A stretch of 60,113 nt of DNA, filler included, from Dugesia japonica (Eukaryota): the NCBI GenBank assembly GCA_001938525.1. It is 5 parts of 5 records of this genome, joined end to end, with 100 filler letters (N's around TTAATTAATTAA, not from the genome) between each part and the next. Parts side by side here need not be neighbours in the genome. Positions count along the whole stretch, not along the records: positions 24,370 to 37,268 come from MQRL01600608.1; positions 37,369 to 47,575 come from MQRL01620110.1; 3 more parts are not named here. One strand, 5' to 3'. Positions 25,036-38,487 of this stretch are shown here, in pieces. The notes below the pieces were generated by a model that was given only the letters and a program-made list of their open reading frames with translations, searched no databases and had not been told where the DNA came from. The translations under genes were made by a program, and so were the position numbers. Each line of letters begins with the position of its first letter. Within the stretch, counting starts at the first letter, position 1.

Positions 25036-28000
25036 ATGAACAGTATTTTTCTTAGCCAGTTACGCTTACTATTATGGAAAAATTTTCTTTTGAGGAAACG
25101 AAAACCACTTTCATTGATATTAGAATTATTAATACCACTCTTTATTGTTTTTATTCTATTGGCGGTTCGAAATGTTCAAAAGAAATACAAAATGGATCTT
25201 TGTGAATTAAGAGAAAAACAAATGCCTTCTTTGGGACCAATTCCATTTTTAAGAGATTTTTTATGTACTTTTAACACTACGTGTTATAACAAAACTCAAA
25301 TCGATTGGTCAGGTAACAGTACCGACCAATTCCAAACGTTTATAATGAATATTACCATATTGTATAATACGTTTCCTAAACCTAATCCAACGATTTTTGA
25401 TATATTCAATTGGTCCAGACAAGAAAATGATAGATTACAAGGCAGCATGAATTACTTTTCCAACTCGACATCACCTTTACTTGAAGCTATGAATCAAATT
25501 CAATCGGGAAATCAAACTGAAGTGAATAAAGGAATGAATACTTTACAAGCATCAATCTGTGGCTCAAGTGAAAATGACATGGGTATGTTTTTGTCGTATG
25601 CAATGCCTAGTACGAGATCGAAAAGATCAATCGCCACATGTAAAAATCAATTGTATTCGTCGATGGGTAAAAATACATTCGGTCGTCAGTTTTACGCTGT
25701 TATTGCTCCGTTGATTTTCGGGAAAATCTATTACACTCCAGATACCGATTTCACCCGGGAATTAATCAAAAGATCAAATACAACATTTAAAACCTTAGAC
25801 GCTTTACGATTGACAGCAGTTGAATGGCGTTTGCATTTCAGTTCTTGGTTTGTTAACAATATGAATAACAGCGGTACAATCAATAATTTACGAAATTTTT
25901 GTAAATTAAATATTCCACAATCGACTGAATTTTGTAGAATCGTTAATTCCACTTTCGATATGAAAACAATTCTCGCATTTAATGCTACAGCGTCGGTTAT
26001 TTTTTCACTAATCGAGAACCTATTGAATTGTACAGAGCTGGATAAATTCGTACCAATGAAATCATCGATCGATATCGATAATTTAGCCAGTCAATCACTG
26101 CTTGACGTATTTGCTGGATTGGTAATCAATGAAACATTTCAATATCTCACCTACAAAAATGCTACTTTCTTGAAATATCAAATTCGAATGCCAACCAATC
26201 GAATCGATACAACGAAAAACTTTAAAACTGTNNNNNNNNNNNNNNNNNNNNNNNNNNNNNNNNNNNNNNNNNNNNNNNNNNNNNNNNNNNNNNNNNNNNN
26301 NNNNNNNNNNNNNNNNNNNNNNNNNNATGCTTTCATAGAAATGGTTACGAATAACGATTCGGTAACTGTCGGTTCCAGTATGCAAATTATGCCTTATCCG
26401 TGTTATGTCAACGATAAATTCATTAGATTTCTCGCGAGCATGATGCCGTTTCTTCTAATAATTGCATGGGCGCCTTCAGTGACAGTTCTCATTAAGAACA
26501 TTGTGTATGAGAAAGAGAACCGTCTGAAAGAATTCATGAGAGTTATGGGATTGTCGAATTTAGTTCATTGGGTCGGTTGGTTTATAACCACATTAGTTAT
26601 ATTGCTCTGCCCAATTATTGCCATGGCATTGATTCTCAAATATAGTACGATATTGGCTTTTTCGTCGGCGTGGGTGGTTTTTTTCGTTCTTCTTTCCTAT
26701 GTTATTTCTTTCATTTGTCAATCTTTTATGATCAGCGTTTTCTTTGATAAAGCCAATGTAGCATCTGTGACTGGGGGAATAATCTACTTTGTTTCCTATT
26801 TACCGTTTCTAGTATTCACCAATTTACCGGATGATGTAACCGATTCAATGTATTACGGAATCGGACTGTTGACTCAAGTAACGTTTTGCAATGCGATAAA
26901 TTTCATTGCTTTCTGGGAACAGTCAACTGAGGGGTTACAGTTTTCCAATTTATTTGAAAGTACCGTAGTAAATTTGAATGTTGGTGTTGGGCATTGTATG
27001 GTAATGATGTGGGTCGATAGCGTTATTTACTTACTAATAGCTTGGTATGTAGAAGCAGTGTTTCCCGGTCAATTTGGAGTTGCTAAGCCGTGTTATTTTC
27101 TGTTTACTCGTCACTACTGGTTTCCTAATAATAAATGTTCCGGTGATATCGAAATATCACCATTTGAAAACTATGCTTTCGATACATCGGCTAACGATAT
27201 TTTAATAGAACGTGGTTTTGAACCGGAACCAACAGATTTAAAAGTGGGTATATCAATTAAAAACCTTGTGAAAACTTACCCGGGTGCCAAAACCAAAGCA
27301 GTTGATAATTTAAATCTGAATTTCTATCAGTCGCAAATCACAGCATTTCTCGGTCATAATGGCGCAGGAAAAACCACTACGATTTCGATATTAACCGGAA
27401 TATTTTCTCCCTCATCAGGAACTGCTTACATTTTAAATGAAGACATTCGAATGGATATGGAAGGTATCAGACAGAAAATGGGTTTATGTCCTCAACATAA
27501 TATTCTATTCGATAATCTCACTGTGGAAGATCATATCTACTTTTATGGATTACTGAAAGGAATGAAAATTGAGGATATCAAAGAGATCTTGCCGAAAATC
27601 GTTGAAGATGTTGGTCTTACAAAGAAAATTCATTCTTCTTCCAAAAGTCTTTCCGGGGGAATGAAACGAAAATTAAGTGTGGCGATGGCATTTATTGGAA
27701 ATTCACGGGTTGTATTTCTAGACGAACCAACTGCAGGTGTCGATCCATTTGCTAGAAGAGGAATTTGGGATTTATTAATAAAATATCGCAGTGATGATCG
27801 GACAATCATTTTAACAACTCATCACATGGATGAAGCGGATTATCTCAGTGATAGAATAGCGATAATCTCTCAAGGAAAATTACAATGTTGTGGTTCGTCT
27901 GTATTTCTGAAAAAGGAATATGGAGATGGTTATTATTTGAATTTAGTTAAAAATCCAAATATCCAAGAAGAAGAGATCGAAAATGGTATTTCAAAAGATG

Positions 28001-31000
28001 GTGTGAAAGTATTGAAGTTCATAAATTCTCATATATCTGATGCAAAAATGATAGAAGAAACTAGATCACAATGGACAATTGTTTTACCACAAAATGATAA
28101 CAATAACAGAAAATTTTCTCAACTCTTTGCCGATCTTGACGAAACAATGTTTACATTGAATATTGCTTCATATGGACTATCGGATATTTCTCTCGAAGAG
28201 GTTTTCTTAAAAGTAGCCGATGATCCATCAGGTGCGGTTGAAGAAATCAAAAAGAAACAAGTTACACTTGAAAATTTAGACTCTCTAACAGATAACGGTG
28301 ATTTACCAAGACCTGCATCTAGATTAAGTTTAAGAAATAAATATGACCACTCTAAGATCGATAATTTGTCATCAATTCCGTTTCAGTCCAATATTGGTTA
28401 TAATCTACTTAAAGGGGCTCCTTTACTTCGTCAGCAATTGCTGGGATTGCAAATAAAACGATTTCATTACACGAAAAGAAANNNNAAAGGATTTATAGCT
28501 GAATTAATCTTGCCTATTGTGCTAATTATCATAATGATAGCTTTCGCTAAAATTTCATCCTCGGTTACGTACCAACCATCAATGGAAATAAGTCCCTGGT
28601 TAATGATGCCGAAAGCACGATCAATCAATTTGAACACATTTTATCGCAAAGAAAACATTTCCAATAATTTGATTGATAGATTGGAGCAATATTATCGATC
28701 AGACCTTGGTGAAGCCGGTATAAGATGTATGAATCAGTCAGTTTATAAAATGGACAATTATCAATGTGACTACACAAATAAAGAATGGTCTTCTTCTCCG
28801 AAAAACGTATCATTATCCAGCCCCGAATGCGATTGTAACAAAACGGGATATCAAATATGTTCGAATAACCTTAGTGGCGGTCCTGAAAACTCTTACCGAT
28901 TAATGGCCTCTACTGATAAGCTGAATAATTTAACGGGATATAATATTTCAGATCATTTATTGAAAAAGTTTAAAGTGTATATTAGAAAGCAATATGGTGG
29001 TTTTCAGGTTTTACTGCCCAGTAATTTCGGTCAATCATCAAAATTGATTGGCCAATCTCCAATTTGGAATGGAATACGTTACTCAGCGAATTCATCGGAT
29101 GAGGTTAAATTTGCTGACTATTTTCAAGAGTTTTTTAATTTATCTGGGACGAAAACTAATTTCAGTCGTATATGGATTAATTCAAAAGGCTATGCTTCAT
29201 TGCCAGCTTATACAAATATATTCACAAATCTTTTGTTGAGGTCTCGAATAAATTCAACTGAAAATGCTTCAAATTATGGAATTTCTGTGTCGAATTTCCC
29301 TTTAAAGTATACCCAAGCTGAATTACTCAGTCAATTAAACAGTCAAATGTTTATAGAAGTATCGTTAGCTATTTTTGTAATATTTGGATTATCTTTCATT
29401 CCGGCAAGTTTTGTAATTTTTTTAATTGAAGAACGAATTAGCGGTTCAAAACGTCAGCAATATGTTTCTGGTGTTAATCCTTATGTTTATTGGATGTCTA
29501 ATTTCTTTTGGGATATTCTAAAATATATTATTCCGATTTTTCTTGTTGTGCTTATTTTTGTAGCTTTTGATTATCAATCTTATATTGGTAGCAAGAATAT
29601 TGGCGCATTCATAACGTTACTTATTTTCTATGGACTGGCTATTATTCCTCATATGTATCCATTCAGTTTTTTCATGTCTACTCCAAGTACTGCATTTGTG
29701 GTACTTGATGCCTATAATTTATTGGTGGGATCCATTACCACAATTTCAACATTTTTCCTAGATATTCTACAGCAAGATGATGACACTTTGGTGCCAGTGA
29801 ATAAAATTTTGAAAAAGGTTTTTCTTTTATTTCCTCAATATGATCTTGGCAGAGGAATGATGGATCTATCTTTTAACTATTTAAAGTATAATGTAAGTGG
29901 GGGACAAACAGATTACGATCCTTTCGCATGGGATACTACCGGTGAAAAATTATGTTCTCTTATAATATTATTTGTTTGCTGGTGGATAATTTTGGTCATA
30001 ATTGAGAGTGGAGTGATAAATAGAGCTTTGTGTGGGAAATTGAAAAATCTCAAATTAAAAATCAATGAAATACGATTGAATGAAGATGCAGACGTTTCTG
30101 CTGAAAGAAATCGGATGAGTTCTGATAAAGTAAACGATGACGTCTTAAAGGTTATAAATTTGACAAAAGTTTACAATCCATCACTGAATCTAAAAAATAA
30201 GTGCTGCAAAAAAGTAATTGATGATGCGATCTCTACAGAAAAAAGAAAACTTGCAGTTAATAATCTTTGTTTTGGTGTTAAAGAAGGAGAATGTTTTGGA
30301 TTACTTGGTGTAAATGGAGCTGGTAAAACAACTACTTTTAAAATGTTGACCGGTGAAGAAAATATAACGCACGGCAACGCTTTTATTAATAGTTGTTCCA
30401 TAATAAATGATATGATTGGTGCTCACAGGAATATGGGATTTTGTCCACAATTCGATGCTTTACATTCTCTANTAACCTGTGAAGAACAATTATACTTTTA
30501 TTGTCGTATTCGAGGAATTGAATCATCTCAAATCAAATCCACTGTGGAATTAAGTTTAAAAAATCTTAGTCTCATTCCTCATACAGAAAAAATGACTCAA
30601 TCTCTTTCCGGTGGAAACAAACGTAAATTGTCAACTGCAATTGCTTTGATTGGTTTTCCGAAAGTGATATTTTTAGATGAACCAACAAGCGGTATGGATG
30701 CNNNNNNNNNNNNNNNNNNNNNNNNNNNNNNNNNNNNNNNNNNNNNNNNNNGGTGCTCGACGATTTCTTTGGAATATTATCCAGAAAATGACTACTGAAA
30801 ATAAAATCGCTGTTATTTTGACTTCACATAATATGGAAGAGTGTGAAGTTCTTTGTCATAGATTATCGATAATGGTTAATGGAGAAATGAAATGTTTAGG
30901 AAGTGTTCAACATTTAAAATCAAAATTCGGTGATGATTATTTTGTTACAATTAGAATGTTTCCAAATAAATGCCAAACCAATGAAAAATTAAAAATTAAG

Positions 31001-31318
31001 TCAATAATAGAAAATAATTTTTCTTCTGGTGTTTTACTTGCAAGTGAAAATTTTATAACACTTCAATATCGATTTGATGTTTCATTGTCTAAATTATCAG
31101 TGGTTTTTGATTTTTTTGAAAAGTTGAAAACTGATGATTTAATTGCTGATTTTTCTATTTCTCAGATTACTTTAGATGAGATCTTTATAAGTTTCGCAAA
31201 GGAAAGTGATGCATTTCATAAAACTGATTCTGAATTATCTAATATAAATTCTCGTGCTTTTACGAGAAATCATTTTTTTAACGCCAAAAAATCTCGAAAT
31301 TTAGAAGTATATACTTAA
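25036..31318 (+). CDS. ABCA-subfamily full transporter (ABCA1/4/7-like), ~2,080 aa, single coding exon
   Basis: N-terminus QLRLLLWKNFLLRKR; MPYPCY; IVYEKENRLKE. NBD1: GHNGAGKTT, LSGGMKRKL, FLDEPTAGVDP. NBD2: GVNGAGKTT, LSGGNKRKL, FLDEPTSGMD. ORFs 25036-30798 and 30677-31318 join as GMDA-GARRFLW across the N gap at 30702-30751, so the frame change is most likely a gap-size artefact. Confidence 0.96.
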
Positions 31319-31444
31319 CTTTTTATATCATCTAGATTTGAAAATTGTATTTCAGAACTAAAAATTATTTTTGTTTTAATAAATTTTCAAACTCCTATTT
31401 TTAAGTTTATTATAAATAATTGATAAATTAATGATCAGTTAGCA

Positions 31445-32034
31445 CAGGAGTAGGTAAACTTTTTCTACGGAGAGTCGCATTGAAAACTTAATTGTTGTTG
31501 GGGCCGCATATTTGTTATGTTTACTTCATTTACAATTTGCAACGTATGAAATAATGAATTAATAACAACACCCATATGTATTTGTCATTTTATTTCATAT
31601 TCACACTAACATAGGATATGCACATCACATTTTACTATACACACAGAAATAGTTTTCAATTTGATAATAAGATTTTCTATTGATAATTATCTCAACAAAC
31701 GTTTGTTGTTACATATTATAATTGTTGTGTATCTCATGATCCACTGTCATAATACTTATTTTCTTATTATTAATACTCATAAAATATTCTATTTTCTTGT
31801 TATTATTTAAATGAAACACCCACCATGAACATGAATAACTTAACTGCACCAGCTGTACAGCACCTTCAACCAAGCTTACTACTAGCGTGATAAATAAGTT
31901 CAAGTGTTTATTCAAGGTGTCTTTCGAACGAAATTAATATCGATATAGTGTCGCAACATGTATGTGCCTGCGGGCCACATAGTATACTCTGATGGACCAC
32001 ATGCGGCTCGGGAACCGTAGTTTACCCACTCCTG
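31445..32034. mobile_element. Non-autonomous hAT (Charlie/Buster-type)
   Basis: TIR CAGGAGTAGGTAAACT / AGTTTACCCACTCCTG; 8-bp TSD AGTTAGCA / ATTTAGCA (7/8 match). Confidence 0.88.
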
Positions 32035-32214
32035 ATTTAGCAGAATGGTATTACAAATTAAAGTAATATAAATTGTTATTTTTTTAATAATATTTAATAT
32101 TAATAATAATATTTAATATTTGGTTACAATTTCAACCAGTGGCGTAACCAAGGGAGGGCGTTGGGGTTAAACCCCCCTTTGGCGTATGAAAAAAATTTCA
32201 TTTTTTATGCGACT

Positions 32215-34515
32215 TAGAGATTCAAAATTGAATATTCGAATATATTTGTGTGTTAATTAACTATTTGATATTCGAATATTTGGAAAAAAGTTTCAAAGAA
32301 TCTCATTTTGAATTTTCGTAATGTTTTGTGTGACATTTCTTTAGTTGACTTTTGAAAAATAGTCGCAATAAGTAATTGTTATTGTCATTAAAAAATTTAA
32401 TGATTAAAATAAATTGTAATCAATTGTTACATTAATTTTTTTGGATATTTCTTATATTCAAAAGGTAAATTAAAGTTTTTTAGATTATCTTACATAATTA
32501 CATAATTAGATTTTTGGCTATGTCAAGAAAATCCGAGGTGTAGAAGTTCAACCACTCCTATGATTAATCATTTGAAGTTACGACACAACATACTTATATC
32601 TCAATCGGCATCAAGGGAAAATTATGAAGAAAAAAATGTTCCGCAGAAAAAGCTAAAAATTGAAAAACAAGTACTATTTTGAACTTTGTAAAAAAACAGT
32701 CTTTAAATGAAATGTCAAAAGTCGCAGTAGTTGATGGTATGTCAATCCAAGCAATAAGCAAATCCGATGCAATAGTTGGATATGTGCAACGAAAAGGTTA
32801 TAAAATGCCAAAAAGTCCAACAATTATTTCAAAATGCATCACCAGCATTTATAGAGAAAAATGAATTGAACTGCGAAATAAATTTTAAAAATTAAAAAAA
32901 TCAAATCGTAAATTTGCTATTATTGTGGATGAATGGACAGATTGCACCATCTTACGTTGTGTAAACGTAACAGTTCATAAAGTCGGAATGGAATCGAATA
33001 AAGTTGAATGCTATGTACTGGGTTTAACGGAAATTGTTAAGTAGGGAAATAAAGAAACTATTAAACATTCATTTGAAACTAAGCTAGCAAACTTTGACTT
33101 TTCTTTAAAAAGTGATGTTATTGCATAAACTAACGACGCAGCAGCTGTAATGAAAAAATATAGAAAAATATTAGATGTTTTAAATCAGCTTTGCCATAAT
33201 CATGCACTCCATTTGGCCGTAATGGATTGTTTTTATATCCCAATAAATTCTACTCCTAATGAAGCTTTGGACTTGGACGATATCGAAAATTTTGTTAATG
33301 AAAAAAATGAAGATGATGTAGAAGAAGATTTTTGGAGTTAGTTGAAGAAAAAAAGATGTTATGACATTGAGTATTGATTTTGGTCAAATTATTAACAGAT
33401 TAGGAGATGTTATAAGAATGTTTAAAGAAATCATCTTTAAAGCACTGTATTTTGCAACAAAATATTGTTCAAAAATTGGGGAAAAAACCGAAGTTGGACA
33501 TCAAAAACAAGATAGAATTCATTTATTGTAATAATTCGGCGATTTTTAATTTGATCAGAATGTATCAATAAATCCTTAGTAGAATTGAATTTAGAACCAA
33601 TTTCGGAAAATGATATTTTTGTTGTACAAAACATTGTTGATATTCTTTCACCAATTGAAACTGCCGTTAGTGACTTGAGCAAAAATGATACAGATCTCAT
33701 AACAGTTAAGGAAGTTTACAAATTTTTAAGAAGAGATCCAGTTTTAATGACACTTATTATTTATCTACATGGTAGAAACATACCAAGTTCCAACGATTAT
33801 TTTCAATTTTCTTCAAAATATGCAGCAATTTCATTTGCTGAAAAAATTATGGAACAAATATATCCAAAAATATTTAGTGAAGAAAGTAATAATGATAATT
33901 CCACGTCATCTTCAAATGATGATGTAATAGAATTATACCACAAGCTGGAATACGAAAAGAATTACAAAATGCAATAAGTTCCATTACAGAAAAATATAAT
34001 GTTAATAATGAAAGAAATATAATGAACTGGGAAAAGAATTTCGCCAATTGGATTTATTGGATATCTGAAATATACTATACGACATACCTCAACAGCATCT
34101 GAAAGAGTGTTTTCAACAGCAAATGCAATAAAATCGAAAAGGAGATCAAAGTTAAATGTAGAAACTTTCAATTCCCTTCTATTTTAAAAAAATATGTTTA
34201 AAAGTAATAAATAAAATATGTAAATAACTAATAGTCTTGGACTATCTTCCTTTTATTTAATATTTACATTTATATCTTTTATTAAAACTTCCCGTTTCAG
34301 ATACAACTATCCTTCGTATCACTGGTTAATTACTAACTGATACAAATCAGTATAATCAGTTTTGATGTTCGTATTAGCAGATACATCTATAACAAAAGCA
34401 ATAAAATCATTAAACCGTTTTTTAATAATTTTATTAATATAATATTTATTTTTGATAATCTTTTTTAAAGTTTTAGTAAATTATTCGAATATTCGAATAA
34501 TCAAATAATCGATTA
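32215..34515 (+). mobile_element. hAT transposon with decayed transposase (~32520-34210)
   Basis: AIIVDEWTD, NDAAAVMKK, QLCHNHALHLAV (CxxH), DIKTR*NS (TRWNS) and TSTASERVFS..KRRSKL. Subterminal GAATATTCGAATA motifs at both ends; left terminus TAGAGAT. Confidence 0.85.
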
Positions 34516-34695
34516 AATAATAATTTTCATTTTTGTTGCAATTATTAAAAAAAACTCTTGATATTTTAATACATATGTTTATAAATTACTAATGTACTTT
34601 TTTGAAATTATTTTTTTCTTAAATTTAATATTGTGGGCCTACGTCACCGATATTTCCCGGGCCTAGACGTGTTTCCAGTCAAGCCCTGGATATCC

Positions 34696-35690
34696 TTATA
34701 TAAATAACAAGATAACAACCTTTTCAATAATAATATTTTTGAATATTCCTACATTCCATTTATCTACCACAAAACAATTTTTATTTCTAATTATGTTCAA
34801 TAATCGTTGATCGTTTTTAATCTTCAAAGTATTTAAGGCTCTTGTTAATCGCTCTCCTTTCTTAAAAAATATTAAAAATGTAATTTTCAACTTTTTCATC
34901 CATTTTTCTATCAATTTTTTCTACAAGCTGGTATCCAAAAATTTTCTGTGTATCTATTCCTCCAATCATATATGGTGTTACTCTTTCAGCAACTAAGAAA
35001 GTAATCTCTTTGCAAACTTCATCAATTTTCACTCTTGTTCTAACGTTCCCAACAATTTCAAGTATACTATTATTTGTACAACGCAATTTTTCATCACTCA
35101 TTTCTAACTGTAGTTCTTGTAATTTATTAAAATAACTCAAACTCATAACATTAATTCGAGCCCCTATATCTAATAGACACTTGACTTTATTTCCTTGAAT
35201 TGATACCATAACACTTGGTCTGTCTTGCAATTGATGGTACAAAATATTTGTTTTCTGTTCTGCTTCAATTGTTCCAACCCATTCTTCTTTTCTATCATCC
35301 GCATAATTTTCCTTCTTTAAGAACCTGTATACTTTTACTGTAACGTTTTCACTAACATCCTATTTTAAACTCATGAGGATAATCACTCACTTAATGTAAC
35401 AATGGATGGCCCCAACTAATTCTTCTACTGGTGGAAACCTGCCATTTGGGTACTGCCTTTCGGAATCACTTTCATATACTTCCTCATATCCATCGTTTGT
35501 ATTGACATCTTCATCTTCAATCGCATGTACTCGATTATATCGGTTTCTTGATCTTTTTGCCGACATAAATTTTTCACTTGTTCTTTTCGTTTTCAAATTT
35601 GTGTAACACTCTTCTGTCTTTTGTCTACCATTTCTACATCGTTTTCATCTCACTTCTTAACATAACCTTTGAAATCTGATAGACTATGTC
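34696..35690 (-). mobile_element. Ty3/Gypsy gag-protease fragment
   Basis: Aspartic protease VSIQGNKVKCLLDIGARINVMS ... MIGGID (34862 ORF), with gag-like acidic/basic sequence upstream. Confidence 0.75.
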
Positions 35691-35699
35691 ATGAATTCA

Positions 35700-37135
35700 G
35701 TACTAAGTAAAGATAAAATAAAGAAAGTGAAAAAATACAAGGCTGATATAAAAATTGACAACACACCCTAATATCAAGATCACAGAAATGAGATCCCTAC
35801 CGAAGATTTACGAGGACAAGGAACATTATCAACGAATCGCCGAAAAGGAAGATATCTGTACGATACAAAAAATGTAGTGAAACCGTACATAAATAAAGTA
35901 GAAGAGAATAGACAGAAAATACATGTAAATAATTTGCCAGTAAAAAGAGTATATAAGAGGAACACGCAACCAATGGTGATGAACGATATTACACAGTATC
36001 GATGAAATATTTGGCAATGTGTTATTTTAATAGACCGAAGATTTCCAGAATCTTGTGGGGGGACAGTGTTATTGCTGCAGAGAACATGGGCATGAACGAC
36101 ACCAATGCTCGTTAAAAGGCAAATGTTAAATTTAGATCTTTTGCGATTTTACAGGGTTTGTCTAGTAGAAGGAATTCTAAAATTGTGTTTTCAAGAGGAA
36201 TTAGACGATTCAAAAGAAGACGTCGAGAGCGTGACAGATCATGATATAGTAATGGAAGAAAACCGGAATGACTGCATTGCTTATATTTCGTTGATGGAGT
36301 CAGTATATAAAAAAATAAAATAAATCAAAATTATGATGAAAGAGAAGAAATGTTTGAAAAAGAAGATGGGCGAGAGTGGAGTATAGTAGATGTTAATAGA
36401 GAAAAGTTAGAGATGTTGTGGGATTCAGGAGCTTCAAAGCCATGAAAGAAAATTATTGGATTAAAATTGGAAAACCGTTGTTGTTGATGCGCAATATCAG
36501 ATCAAATGGAGCGTTTAATAAGGACGGAGAAAAACAGTTGGGTATATCAGAATTAAGTATACAGGAGAACAAGAAAATAAGAAAAATTAAAGTCATCATA
36601 GTTAGACAGATTCATCCCAAATTAATAGACGGTAATGATACAATGAAATGTTTTGTAGGGAAATTAACTGAAATAATTAACCTCAAAAATGAAAGTCTGA
36701 AGAAAACACATTTTGATGAAGATAGAAAAAATAATGAGTTGAAGTTGTTTAAAGAAATTGATTACAGAAAAATGGTTCAGTTGATCCAGAATTTTGGTGA
36801 GATATTCATAGCTTCAAATTTCGATATTGGACATACGAGAAAAGTAACACATGAAATAAAGTTAAAAGAGATCAAATAGTACAGCACCATAAAAGACAGT
36901 CAATGCATTTAGAAAAGAAAATTGAAGATATGATTAAAGAATTAGCAAAGATTAGTTTGATCAGCAAGTGTAATAGTCCTTGAATTTCTTCATTAGTGAT
37001 TCTGAGTGTAAGGACGACTCGATAAAAATGTGCGTGGATAAAATACAAGTGAATTTGAGGTCAGAAAAATTGTTTTTTCTAATGCCAGACATTCAGTTAT
37101 TATTAGATTGTTTATCTGGTTCAAAAAAGTTAATG
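35700..37135 (+). mobile_element. Ty3/Gypsy gag-protease-RT start, decayed
   Basis: Zinc knuckle CYCCREHGHERHQC (~36067), protease MLWDSGAS (~36413), FDIGHT..VTHEIKL, and RT start KDDSIKMCVD..MPDIQLLLDCLSGSK. Confidence 0.78.
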
Positions 37136-37189
37136 CACGAGTTATTGGAGGGATTATTGTATATCTGTAGATATATAAATATAGTAAAT

Positions 37190-37268
37190 GTATATGTATA
37201 TTGTATATTGTATATTGTATATTGTATATTGTATATTGTATATTGTATATTGTATATTGTATATTGTA
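37190..37268. repeat. (TATATTG)n heptamer repeat at scaffold end
   Basis: About 10 perfect units running into the linker. Confidence 0.9.
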
Positions 37269-37368
37269 NNNNNNNNNNNNNNNNNNNNNNNNNNNNNNNN
37301 NNNNNNNNNNNNTTAATTAATTAANNNNNNNNNNNNNNNNNNNNNNNNNNNNNNNNNNNNNNNNNNNN
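37269..37368. other. Artificial scaffold linker
   Basis: N44-TTAATTAATTAA-N44; core at 37313-37324. Confidence 0.95.
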
Positions 37369-37699
37369 ATATTACCAGATTCCCCTTGACCTCCAGTCAA
37401 ACCCGGAGAACCCTAAATAATTAAAAATGAAATATCTTAAAATAAACTAACTTTTTCACCCTGAAAACCAAATTCTCCTTTAGCTCCTTTAATACCCTGA
37501 TAAAATTCATAAATTACAAATATAACGAACAGTAGAATTACTCTATTTCCAGGAAGTCCTTCTAAACCTTTTTCTCCATCACTTCCATTTCTACCATCAA
37601 CTCCCTTTAAATAAATAAATTCATAATATTTAATAAATATTATACTGGAATCCCAATAATTCCTTGTTGACCTTTACTTCCAGTTTCTCCTTTTGAACC
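37369..37699 (-). CDS. Collagen (Gly-X-Y), downstream exon group
   Basis: Phase-0 exons 37699-37646 (54 bp, GSKGETGSKGQQGIIGIP), 37604-37542 (63 bp, GVDGRNGSDGEKGLEGLPGNR), 37496-37452 (45 bp, GIKGAKGEFGFQGEK) and 37412-37369 (GSPGLTGGQGESGN, runs into the gap). GT-AG introns of 39-45 bp. Confidence 0.92.
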
Positions 37700-37927
37700 C
37701 TAAGAAAGTAAAGGTTATAAAAAAATAAATATAAAAAAANNNNNNNNNNNNNNNNNNNNNNNNNNNNNNNNNNNNNNNNNNNNNNNNNNNNNNNNNNNNN
37801 NNNNNNNNNNNNNNNNNNNNNNNNNNNNNNNNNNNNNNNNNNNNNNNNNNNNNNNNNNNNNNNNNNNNNNNNNNNNNNNNNNNNNNNNNNNNNNNNNNNN
37901 NNNNNNNNNNNNNNNNNNNNNNNNNNN

Positions 37928-38234
37928 TAATTTTAAAAATTCTTAGTTTTTAAATTTTTTAAAAAGTTTTAAATACAAAATTAATTTATAATCTAATAAT
38001 AAATTTTTATAACAATATTTTATTAAAATTACTATGTAAACCTATAAATCAAATACGTTTTTTCAAAAATATGTAAAATTTTTAATTTTAAATAATATTA
38101 AAATTTTTACCTAAACCTATAAAATAATACAAATTGATAAACAAGGATAGAACACATACTAATTGGTGTATGGGATTTATTAACAAAGCTATTAACAATC
38201 TTATGTGAAGTAGAAACAATTTTCAATAAAGGTA
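37928..38234 (-). mobile_element. Penelope-like element, inverted internally deleted copy (left arm)
   Basis: Reverse complement of ~45968-46063 joined to ~46470-46676; encodes KIVSTSHKIVNSFVNKSHTPISMCSILVYQF. Confidence 0.75.
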
Positions 38235-38419
38235 AGTAGTCGGGAAAATGCGACTTTAACGGAAGCACGTAACTATAAACGCAGGCAAAGTGCATAAATG
38301 ATAATACACAAATTCAAGAGTTGTGTTTTTAGGGATTATATTTGTTAATTTGGTGTGCGGATGCCGTCGCACATTATAGCGCTAATTAGTTGCATTAAAG
38401 TCGCATTTTCCCTACTACT
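38235..38419 (+). repeat. Polinton left TIR (185-bp unit with an internal inverted terminus)
   Basis: Starts AGTAGTCGGGAAAATGCGACTTTAA and ends TTAAAGTCGCATTTTCCCTACTACT; inverted match to 45595-45779. Confidence 0.93.
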
Positions 38420-38487
38420 CGTTATTTGTTACTTATCTTTTAATCTTTGAATTTTGAAAAATATAATAAAATTTTTAATCAATAAAA

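Noticed and set aside
25731-30401. Small antisense and alternative-frame ORFs inside ABCA
   Set aside because: Shadows of the long coding frame; no motifs.
30677-30798. Apparent frameshift or split of the ABCA gene
   Set aside because: Coincides with a 50-N placeholder gap; the motifs join directly across it.
32137-34688. CAGTGGCG...GCCCTG as the ends of one hAT
   Set aside because: The ends are not complementary beyond CAG and there is no matching TSD; probably pieces of different elements.
37190-37268. (TATATTG)n as a telomeric repeat
   Set aside because: Not a G-rich telomere motif; an ordinary simple repeat that broke the assembly.
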